NCBI RefSeq assembly: GCF_046119375.1
Contig: NW_027362765.1
Coordinates: 434,186,001-434,250,000, forward strand
From: Phyllobates terribilis
Lineage: Eukaryota
Length of the DNA stretch: 64,000 bases
Direction of reading: 5' to 3'
Below, piece by piece: positions 49,401-59,938 of the stretch; position 1 is the stretch's first letter, and each line of letters starts with the position of its first letter. A program made the position numbers and the translations under genes. The notes under the pieces were generated by a model. It searched no databases. It had not been told where the DNA came from and saw only the letters and a list, made by a program, of their open reading frames with translations.

Positions 49401-50683
49401 TGCTGGCAACATTAATGGACGCCAGCGTCAACGGGGTGGGTGCAGCCATTGGGTGATCGAATTAGATGGCTTTCGTCTTCCCTCCACCCCCCTCACCGTC
49501 CGACAAAGACCCCTTGCTGTCACGCTCACGGCGTTTGAGGGACACTGTCATATCCATAGAACCCCCCCTCCCCTTTCTACCTCACCCCCAGGTTCAGGGA
49601 CAGTCCCTCCCCCAGTGGAAGATGGTATACCCCCTGAGGGAAGGACTTTGCTGTCCCCCACAGGCCCCTCAGGTGGCTCCCCCAGCTCTTTGCCCTCGAC
49701 CCCCGCCACATCAGGGTCCTTGAGGACTCCAAACCGGTTGGAGACAGAGATCAGAGGGGAGATCGTGGAGCCTTCCGCCGGCACCTTGCTGGTCAGGGGG
49801 GGGGACAGATTTTTTAACCCCCTTCCCATTGATCTTCCTCTTCCTCCTTCGCCTTTTTTTGGGGTTTCACTGTCACCCTTTGCTGTAGGCTGCGCAACCT
49901 CGTCCTCCTCAACACTTTCATATTGGGAGGAATCTGAAAGCGGAGCCGCCTCCTCCCTCTCCATCCTCCTGGTCTCTTCGCTCAGCGCCTCCTCCCCCAG
50001 GGCCTCAGTGGCACCGGTCGAGACCCCTGGAGGGGGGACAGTCATCACACCAGTTGCCTGGGGATCCCCCTGCCCTTCCCCAACCAGGCGCCTCTCCTGC
50101 CTCCGATGATAAGAGGGGCCCCGGACCTTCCTGTTCTTCACTGGCCCCTCAGCCCCCTCGCTTCCACCAGCCCCAGGCTCAGCAGAGGGTGCACTGCCAG
50201 GATCCACCCCAACACGGCCACCCTCCGCCTGACCAAAGACGGCGTTGGCGAAAGAACGAGGGCAGCAACTGAACGGATGCCCGACGGCATCACACAGGTG
50301 GCACCGAACCGTACCACAGGAGGCGGCGAGATGGCATATCCCACCACACAGGGTGCATTTCTGCACCCTGCATGCTGCACTAAAGTGCGTGGGATCACCG
50401 CACCTGTGGCACACTTTCGGCTGCCCCTGGTAGAAAACCAGGATCCTGTCCCTCCCAAGGAAAGCCGAGGAAGGGATGTGGGTGACAGTGCCGCCGGACC
50501 TCTTCAACCTCATCATGAAGGTCCAGCCCCCTGACCAAATGCCCTCATCCATTATTTTTTTTGGAACCTCCACCACTTCTCCATGCCTACTGAGCCAAGT
50601 CATAATGTTGACTCCTGAAAGTGACTCATTGCATGTCAGCACGGTCACCTTCTTGGGCCCATTCTGGCGGGATATCGCCTCAG
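46421..50683 (-). mobile_element. Tx1-clade non-LTR retrotransposon, partial duplicate A (5'-truncated, 1380-bp internal deletion)
   Basis: Offset 4556 bp from copy B. The junction GACCAACCA|ACGCTATC at ~48948 removes B 53506-54885. Ends in ORF1 at CGCCTCAG (50683). Confidence 0.9.
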
Positions 50684-50786
50684 AAATTTTTAACTACATC
50701 TAGCCCAGGCAATACTTTGGGCCTAGTAGCAGTGTCTGCTAGTCAGCGGATTATCCCACCTGTTAAGCAAGCTACACCACCTGTAG

Positions 50787-50976
50787 TTTGGAGACTTAAT
50801 TTTTTCAAAGGAAATGCTTCGGGCCCACGGGACACTCAGTGAAGAGCATTGGGGAGGCACCCCAAGTCACAGGGGCTGGGACTGGCGGTAGAACGCCTTG
50901 TGGTGGACCGCCAAGCTCGATCCTTATAAAAGCTTTTTAACTGCAGCAGCTTTAGTGGACGCTACTGGAGCTGGAA
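50787..50976 (-). rRNA. 18S-derived fragment, 3' part, duplicate B
   Basis: No differences seen versus 46231-46420. Confidence 0.85.
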
Positions 50977-52327
50977 CTCTTTTTTTATTTTATAGAAAAA
51001 GTACAAAAACATAAAACCCCCGCAACACTCCATCAAACCCTCCCCATGTCATATATCACCAACAATTTTCCATAACAAAAGAGAGGCTAAGCCGCCAATA
51101 AATAACACACAATATGTAAACCCAGAAACTATAACCCCCCCTATGTCATACAATAACCAAACTGAAAAGAAGGCTAAGCTGCCTTAAAAATAAGCAAGGA
51201 ACGATACTAAGCATACCATGAAAGTCCCCGCTAGGTCCAGATGAAACTCTAGGTGCGGGTTCTCCATTCAGAGCCACAGGAGTCCATTGAGTCCGTAAGA
51301 GTCCTTGAGAGAGTCCAAGAGAGTCCCAGAGTCCTAGAGTCCGTGAGTCCCCACATTAAAGTTTATGCTCGGCTCGGCTCTGCTCCGCTCCACCCCTGCT
51401 CTTTTTGCTCCTCTCCTTTGGCCTTGCTACTTTCTTATTCCCTTTCCATTAGCCTCCTTCCCGGCTCGATGTTCCATATAGGAAGACAAACAGAAAAAGG
51501 GGACCGCATTACCATACCTTCAGATCAACCACAGACAACCTTAACACACAGCCTGAAAATAAAACCTGGTCCATCACCCAACATAACATACCCAACATAA
51601 GCATAATAACCACTGTAGAAGAAAAAAAAAACAACCCTAACTGAAACTTAGAACCCTACATACACACCCATGTGTTGTTGTTTTTTTGTGTTTTTTTTTC
51701 TTATTTTTATTTTTTTTTATTTATTTGTTTTTTATTTTTATTTATTTTTATTTTTTTTCCTACTGGCATAAAATATGACATACACTAATACTACCACATG
51801 ACAATATTACTACTTAAATAATTTTTTTTTTTTGCGATATCTCGGTGGGGTTTACCTTCACCCCACCTTATTACCCTACTACCCTACTGCCTTATATGGA
51901 ATACCTCACAACTTAGCATAATAACTCAACAACTTAACAACATTATAACCTGACTGACGACAATCTAACAATTACCACTTACACTTTAAGCCATGGCTCG
52001 GTGCTTGCGAGCCCCATACACCTCAGTACTTCTTGAAAACAAAAAGCTACCAGTGAAAGTTGACAGCCCACCACCGGAAAAGCAGGCACTCTCCCTGATA
52101 CAAGGAAAAATATAAATATAAACCTACCTTTCCCTTACTATCTATAAAGCTATCCCTAATTTAAAAGACCTGTCCCTATCTGTCCCTCCCTGCCCCTATC
52201 GCCCTATCTACCTCACCTCGTGCCTAACTATCTTTCCCTCCTCTGTCCCTAACTGTCCCTATGAATATCTCTCCCTACTGCCTAAATACCTGCCCCTACT
52301 ACTATAAAAATAAAATTAATCTGGCCC

Positions 52328-55300
52328 TCAAGGCACTTCAAATGAGAGACACGTTGCAGCATTCCTCATGGGGGCAACCCCGGTCATCGGAATTCCTGTA
52401 CTTCAAATTGCCCCTTACATACAGCCTCCCGTGAAAGCAGCGCCAGGCCAAGTCCCAAAACTTCAAGGGGATCCGAGTAGAATTTAACAACCTCAGCCCC
52501 ACCTCCAGATCCCGACCTGGGCAATCCTTGAGGGCCAGAGGCTTCTGGAAATGGGTCAACAGAACCCTCCTGTCAAGGAATTTCCTCGGCATGGTTCTGA
52601 TCTCCCACATTCCCAGACTCCACCGGCGTATCACTTTCAAAACCAGGGTAGCATAAGCCGGGAGATGCCCGTGCGGTGTGCGTAGGTCCTTCACTCGCCC
52701 TCCTGACTCCCATTCCTGGAAGAAGGGTCGAAGCCATCCCCTGCAGGAGAATACCCACGGAGGAGCCCTCTCTGGCCAGAGGTTCGCTATGTTGATTTTA
52801 AGGAAGGCATTCACTAAGAATACCACCGGGTTGACCATACCCAACCCGCCTAGTCTCCTCGTACGGTACGTGACCTCTCTTTTGACTAGGTTGAGCCTGT
52901 TTCCCCATAACATCTGAAAAAACAGGCCGTAGACCCGTGTCCAAAGAGGCTCTGGCAAAATGCAGACGCTGCCCAAATAGTTCAGCAAAGGCAGAAGGTA
53001 ACCCTTGATCAGGTTCACCCGCTCCCTTAGGGTTAAAGTCCAACCCTTCCACTGGTCCACCTTTTGAGCGGCAATCTTCAGCCTGCCCTCCCAATTTAGC
53101 TGGGGGTAATCACCCGGGCCAAAATTGATGCCTAAGATCTTAGCTGTTGGTTGAGGTTCTGGGAGGGTGTCCGGGAGACCAAAACTAGGGTCTCCCCCTC
53201 CCAGCCAGAGACTCTCACACTACTCCTGGTTGATCTTAGACCCAGATGCCTCCGAGTAGCGGTCAACCTCAGACATCACCCAGTCCGCCTCCTCTTTCGA
53301 GGATACAAACAAGGAGACATCATTGGCATATGCCACTGCCCTCAAGGTGGCCTCTGGAGCCGCCTGGTCCATCCGGACTCCTGCCAACGGTCCACCCTCG
53401 ATCCTCCTTAAAAAGGGGTCGATTGCGAACACGTATAACAGCGAGCTCAACGGACAGCCCTGGCGAACCCCAGATTCCACCTCAAAAGGGCGGCCAGACC
53501 AACCATTCACCAGCGGGAAAGTCTCAGCCCCTGCATACAATGCCTTTAACCAATTTACGAACCCCCCGGGCAGACCGTACCTCAAAAGGACAGACCAGAG
53601 GTAGTCGTGGTTCACCCGATCAAACGCCTTTGCCTGATCTAGGGACAGCAGAAACCCCTTCCAGAGTCCAGCCCTACCCTACTCCACTGCCTCCCGGACA
53701 CCGAGTACAGCACTAAATGTGCTGCGGCCTGGAACAGAGCAATGCTGGGACCCGGAAAGGAGCCGGGGCGCAAATTTCACCAGCCGATTAAAGAGCACCC
53801 TTGCCAGAACCTTCCAGTCCGTATTGAGAAGCGCTATTTGACGCCAGTTCTCAATACGGGACGAGTCCTTACCCTTTGACAGGATAATCAGGGCAGACCT
53901 CCTCATTGAACGGGGAAGAGCACCCGAGGAAAGGCACTCGTTGAACACCTCCGTCAAGAGGGGGACCAAGGAGTACCTAAAGGTCTTATAAAATTCAGAC
54001 GTTAAGCCGTCTGGACCTGGCGATTTCTTGAGCAAAAGCCCATCAATGGCCAGTCTCACTTCCTCTCCCCTGATTGCCTCAGTCAAAGCGCTGAGAGAGG
54101 GGTCATCCCCTGGCTCAGGAACGGCTTCGGCCAGGAAAGTCGACGTCACGTCTCGATCTAGTTCCGTCTTTCCCAAGAGGCGTGAGTAGAACGACCTGAT
54201 GACTTCCAGGATCCCTGATTTGGATCTGTTCAGGGAACCTATACTATCGATCAGGCCGGTCACTACTTTACGATTCACTGACATCTTACAGTTTCTGTAG
54301 GGGTCAGGCGAGCGGTACTTCCCGAAATCCCTCTCAAAAACCAAAGATGTGTGTCTATCATACTGACTCCTCTTGAGCAAAGACTTCACTCTGGAGATCT
54401 CCTCACGGTCACCTCCAGTCGAGACAAGCTGTTCGAGTTTCCTCCTCAGGCTCTGGTACAGGCGGTACCTGCTCAGGCTCCTGAGGCTAGAGAGCTGGCG
54501 GAAGAAACTCGCAACCCGATCTTTGAACATCTCCCACCACTCAGACTTAGTGCTACACAGATCCAACAGCGGTACCTGGCTCTGAAGAAAATCCTCAAAG
54601 GATTGTCTCACCTCCGCTTCTTCCAGCAGTGACGAATTCAGCTTCCATAGTCCTCTCCCCATCCGGGGGGTTTCTGAAACATTCAAGGAAAAGAAAATTA
54701 GACAGTGATCGGAGAATTCCACCTCCACAGCGGACACTGCTGAAGAGACGGCCTCCTCCTTTAAAAAAAACCTGTCTATTCTAGACCTACAACTACCCCT
54801 ATAATAGGTGAAACCACTGTGACCTGGGGTGTGCCGGATGTGTACATCCACCAGGCGAGCATCACTAGCTATGCTATTCAGAGTCACGCTATCATAAGCC
54901 AGCCAGCCATTGGAGCCTACCCGGTCACGTAATCTTGTGACGGTGTTGAAGTCCCCTCCAAAGACCACCTGCCGACTCGTAAAAAGATAGGGCTTGATCT
55001 TCAGGAAGAGACATTTGCGGTCCCACTTTCATTGGGGACCGTAGATGTTTATGAGCCGAAGCTCCTGTCCCCCCATGAAGACGTCTAAAACCAAGCACCT
55101 TCCCATTTCTACTTCGATAACCCTCTGGCATTCTACCGCTGCGGTCTTATAAAGGACCGCCACCCCGCTATACGGCTCGGCTGCAAGAGACCAGTATGAG
55201 GGCCCACACCTCCACTCACTCCTTGCCTTGTGAATGGCCCCCATGTCCGTTAGTCTGGTCTCCTGCAAAAATAAAATTTCAGCCTCAAACCGGGTGAGAA

Positions 55301-55385
55301 AATCAAAGGCCGTAAATCTAGCCGCATCTGATTTTATGCTGGCAACATTAATGGACGCCAGCGTCAACGGGGTGGGTGCAGCCAT
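52328..55385 (-). pseudogene. Tx1 ORF2 (AP endonuclease, RT, zf-RVT) with nonsense mutations
   Basis: SINVASIK...FLQET...GGDFN...SRIDRF...SDH; KKSPGPDGLTSEFY; DQAKAFDRVNH; QGCPLS; YANDVS (YADD mutated); LAWRCFHGRL...RGCP. Three in-frame stops and a C-terminal deletion before SFEVP*. Confidence 0.92.
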
Positions 55386-55399
55386 TGGGTGATCGAATT

Positions 55400-58300
55400 A
55401 GATGGCTTTCGTCTTCCCTCCACCCCCCTCACCGTCCGACAAAGACCCCTTGCTGTCACGCTCACGGCGTTTGAGGGACACTGTCATATCCATAGAACCC
55501 CCCCTCCCCTTTCTACCTCACCCCCAGGTTCAGGGACAGTCCCTCCCCCAGTGGAAGATGGTATACCCCCTGAGGGAAGGACTTTGCCGTCCCCCACATG
55601 CCCCTCAGGTGGCTCCCCCAGCTCTTTGCCCTCGACCCCCGCAACATCAGGGTCCTCGAGGACTCCAAACCGGTTGGAGACAGAGATCAGAGGCGAGATC
55701 GTGGAGCCTTCCGCCGGCACCTTGCTGGTCAGGGGGGAGACAGATTTTTTAACCCCCTTCCCATTGATCTTCCTCTTCCTCCTTCGCCTTTTTTTGGGGT
55801 TTCACTGTCACCCTTTGCTGTAGGCTGCGCAACCTCGTCCTCCTCAACACTTTCATATTGGGAGGAATCTGAGAGCGCAGCCGCCTCCTCCCTCTCCATC
55901 CTCCTGGTCTCTTCGCTCAGCGCCTCCTCCCCCAGGGCCTCAGTGGCACCGGTCGAGACCCCTGGAGGGGGGACAGTCATCACATCAGTTGCCTGGGGAT
56001 CCCCCTGCCCTTCCCCAACCAGGCGCCTCTCCTGCCTCCGATGATAAGAGGGGCCCCGGACCTTCCTGTTCTTCACTGGCCCCTCAGCCCCCTCGCTTCC
56101 ACCAGCCCCAGGCTCAGCAGAGGGTGCACTGCCAGGATCCACCCCAACACGGCCACCCTCTGCCTGACCAAAGACGGCGTTGGCGAAAGAACGAGGGCAG
56201 CAACTGAACGGATGCCCGACGGCATCACACAGGTGGCACCGAACCGTACCACAGGAGGCGGCGAGATGGCCTATCCCACCACACAGGGTGCATTTCTGCA
56301 CCCTGCATGCTGCACTAAAGTGCGTGGGATCACCGCACCTGTGGCACACTTTCGGCTGCCCCTGGTAGAAAACCAGGATCCTGTCCCTCCCAAAGAAAGC
56401 CGAGGAAGGGATGTGGGTGACAGTGCCGCCGGACCTCTTCAACCTCATCATGAAGGTCCAGCCCCCTGACCAAATGCCCTCATCCATTATTTTTTTTGGA
56501 ACCTCCACCACTTCTCCATGCCTACTGAGCCAGGTCATAATGTCGACTCCTGAAAGTGACTCATTGCATGTCAGCACGGTCACCTTCTTGGGCCCATTCT
56601 GGCGGGATATCGCCTCAGCGACGAGACCCCACCAACCGGGCGTCTCCTTTGCCAGCTCGTAGTTCGACGAAAAAAGCTCCATGCCCTCCGGCCGAACAAA
56701 GCTAACATCAAAGATGGGGGTGCCAAAAGGATGTATCAGGGCAAAGATGTCATTCGCCCTGAAACCCATCTCCAGGAGGAGCTTCACCACCCTTGATCTT
56801 GATGGGCACGCATCATCACCCCTCCACCGGAGACGGACCACATTCCTCCTGGACTCCCCCCGCCCGGCTGTAGGGAGAGACCATACAGTCTCTCCCCCCC
56901 TTTTCTCTTGGAAGGCGGCCTGTCCGAATTTGTCCAACCAAAAAGACAGGTCCACATCCCTCCCCTCTACTGAGATCGTCCGATCCCCACGCCTCAGGGC
57001 CTGCACGAGACCGCGATAGAAATCTCCGTCTCCTGAGCCTGAAGGTGAGGAAGACCCCACCACAGCCCCAGAAAAATTCAAAACATTGCCTGCAGGGGGC
57101 GATGGACCGGCCCCCCCACTGTCACCACTCACCCCTCTTGTATCACCTCTCACATTGCCCCCCCCCTGGCAGGGCTGGCCATTCCTCCATTTCTATACAC
57201 TCCCCATTCTCTCCAATCACACTTCCACCTAAACCCTCATCCACACCATGCGTTTTTTCCCCTCCCCCCATATTATTCACACCCTGCGTTCTCCCTGCTC
57301 CACTTACAGGTGCAGCCCCTTTCTCTGCTCTTCCCTTGCCGGTGTTGTTACTTCCTGGACTTTTGCTTGGGAGATTCTGGCTGGTTGCCGCTTTAAGATT
57401 TTTCTCGCGTACTGCCACTTTAAGGGATTCACAGCCACTGCTGGAAATAGGTACACCCAGCTTTCCAGCAGAGCATGCAGCAGCAACAGCCAGCTCAGCA
57501 GCAGAACATTCCTCCTGCACTCCATGCTGCAGGACATCGAGCCCTGAGGGAGCAGCCACTGCCGAGGACCCTGCCGACCCAGGTGACAAAATGCCAACAG
57601 GGGACCCCGAAGGTGCGACCCCCCCCCCACCCTGTGGCTGGGGGCGGGACTTCCATGTTTACTACTTTGGATGTTTTTGATGTTATTTTCACCTCATTTG
57701 CACTGCACATGTCCTTTACTTTAACCGGCACCGGGGTCCCTGCCACCACAGGTGGTACAAGGCTGGCAGGAGACCCTGGCAGCACCGCACCCCCTGCCGG
57801 GGTTGCAATCAGGGACGCGGCCAGCTGTGTTGCCACGGTTTTAACTCTTAAGCTCCCGCCCTTACATATTGTCGGCGCCGAGGCCCCTGCGGCCCCAGAT
57901 TGTGGCAGGCACACAGGGGACCCCGGAAACACCGCCCCCACCGCCGGTGGTGCGGTCCGGGACACGGCCGGCTGTACCTCAGCCACGACACTCCTCTCGC
58001 CCTTTGATGTTACCGGCGCCAAGGCCCCCGCAGCCCCAGGTGGAAGCGGGCTCACAGGAGGCCCCGGCTGGCCGGCCCCCACTGCCGAGGGTGCGGGCGG
58101 GGGTAGGATGGCGGCGGCTATCACGGCCGACCCCTTGCTCTCACTAGTTGGCCCCAGGGCCCCCGCAGACCCAGTAGATGACACACTTGCCAGGGACCCC
58201 GGCAGCACAACCTCCCCCACCAAGGTGGGGTCGCGGGTCAGCCGGACCTCCGGCACCATCCTCATGTTAGGTCCCTTTCCCCCATCCATGCTACGATCAG

Positions 58301-59332
58301 CATGGATGGTAGCCTTCACCGTGATTACATTTCTCTTCCCGCCCCCTTGCACTTGGCCCACACCAGAACCCAGGCCGGGGTGGGTAGTGGGCACATAGTG
58401 GGACCGGGGGATCCCAGGAAGGGGGACATAGACAAGTTTTTCCTCCATTCTGATCTTATTCTAACCTTTTTTATTCCTCCCTTTCCCAGTTGCCTCTTCC
58501 AGGCAGCCCTCCTCCCCAAATGTAAGCTGGGAGAAATCCACTCCCGGGGACTCGAGCTGCCGGATCTGGCGCATGAGTCAACCCCCCTTGCTACCACTGT
58601 CACTACTCCCATCATCATCCTCCACACTGCTGGCATCCGATGGGAGCGCGACTTGGTGATGATCTAATTGCCCACTATGTGTGACCTGGTGATCACTTAC
58701 CAGGTCCCCCCAGGCAGGCTGTCCGGCTTCTCCTCCTCCATAGCAGATTCCCCAGCCTCCTCCTCCTCTGCCTGGGTCGAGCGGCCAGACCCCTCTAGCG
58801 CCCCTCTGGCGGCGGTGGTGGTGGTAGTGGTTATTCCCAAGAACCTCTCATCGTTGTCAAGTTTCTCTTGGAAGGGACCGGCATTAGCCTGAATCTCTTG
58901 CTTCCTCTTCTGCAAGGCCTTTATTGAGCTTTTCAGCTCCTTTACTTTAGCTGACAGGGCCAAGCTAGGGCCACGAGATGCGCTGTTTGCTGCTAGCTGA
59001 GCACACCGCAGCTCCTCCCGAAGCCGCCTCAAGGTCTTTATGGCTTCCCCGTGTTCACTGAGGTACATGTCCAGGCGAGAGCCGAAGGTGGAAGTTGGCT
59101 CCCCCTCAGCCTGGACACCCCAGTCCTTATGGACGGCCATTGTACTCCGGCAAGCACCAGGCTCTTCCCCAGGAGGAGAGATCTGTCCCACTTGCGGCCC
59201 GGCTACGGCCCCGGCTGGTACCCTGCCGCTCCTCTTTGCCTGTTTAGCCTCCTTGGCCTTAGCCTCCATCGCTCTCACATCTTTGGCTTTTCCTTCCTTG
59301 GCCTTTTTGGCCTTAGAGGTGCTGCCTTTCAT
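55400..59332 (-). pseudogene. Tx1 ORF1 (~1300 codons, frameshifted; coiled coil, low-complexity spacer, ZCCHC3-like RRM/CCHC module)
   Basis: Successive ORFs 58697-59332, 58325-58636, 57495-58448, 57143-57589 and 55729-57153. RRNVVRLRW...FDVSF...CHRCGDPTHFSAAC..CTLCGGIGHLAASC..CHLCDAVGHPFSCC. Confidence 0.75.
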
Positions 59333-59581
59333 TGTAGGGGCTCAGTACAAAATAAAGTCACCATAAAGTTCAAAAATAAAGTCCAAAAACAGGACTCCCA
59401 CCCCCGGTATAAACCGAGGGGTGGAAGACGGGGACAAGCCCCACTGCTGTCCTCAACCACCCTCCCTCTCCTGGATCCAAGAGGGGGGGGTCCTTCCAGG
59501 TGAAAAACAAGCCTCACGGCCCAGGAGCTCTTCAGTCCACCACCTCTCTCCTCAGCTGCAGTCCACACACTGACACACCCA

Positions 59582-59668
59582 GGAATTACCGCAGCTGCTG
59601 GCATCAGACTTGCCCTCCAATAGATCCTTGTAAATGGATTTAAAGTGTACTCATTCAAATTACAGAGA
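59582..59668 (-). rRNA. 18S-derived fragment, 5' part (upstream of the Tx1 insertion point)
   Basis: The minus strand reads CTGTAATTTGAATGAGTACACTTTAAATCC...GGATCTATTGGAGGGCAAGTCTGATGCCAGCAGCTGCGGTAATTCC. Confidence 0.9.
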
Positions 59669-59938
59669 CAATTTAAATTAAAGAGCTTAGACCTGCCTCC
59701 ACCGCAGGGGGGCTCGCTCGACCCACCAGCGGACAGGCACCAGAATTGGGAGAAGGGGGCTGGCCGTCATGGTCCACCGCAGCTCTGGCACAAACCCGGC
59801 GACACGGAGGTCGCATGGGCAGGAACGGACTGGCCGTGTCAGCTTCGCACTTTTTTGGTTTTAGAAGGGCATGACATGCCCTTATCTGTGTCTCCCCCTC
59901 CTTTTACTCCTCCACCTCTTTTCTTTTCGCGTGACTAT

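Larger units (their letters stand above)
50977..59581 (-). mobile_element. Near full-length Tx1-clade (L1 superfamily) non-LTR retrotransposon, 8605 bp, 4-bp TSD GGAA
   Basis: Long ORF1 with three CCHC knuckles, ORF2 with APE-RT-zinc domain, and a 1.35-kb 3' UTR ending AATAAAAAAAGAG. GGAA at 50973-50976 and 59582-59585. Confidence 0.9.
38125..59938 (+). mobile_element. Composite hAT copy 3 (variant cargo, carries Tx1 insertions; right end interrupted)
   Basis: Left TIR at 38125, then transposase, L1 RT fragment, 18S fragment and right subterminal sequence (59670-59938 matches 30850-31120). Confidence 0.88.

Noticed and set aside
46421-50683. Second independent Tx1 insertion at the same nucleotide with a 293-bp TSD (would have proven site specificity)
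   Set aside because: It shares two nonsense codons, the YAND mutation and the C-terminal deletion with copy B, so DNA duplication is more parsimonious. Not counted as independent evidence.
55729-57153. Host ZCCHC3 gene
   Set aside because: It is directly followed by an APE-RT ORF2 inside a retrotransposon and is frameshifted.
57475-58398. 307-aa plus-strand ORF
   Set aside because: Antisense shadow of the GC-rich Tx1 ORF1, with no domain features.
59329-59658. 109-aa ORF MNEYTLNPFTRIYWRASLMPAAAVIP...
   Set aside because: A chance translation of the 18S fragment running into the Tx1 5' UTR.
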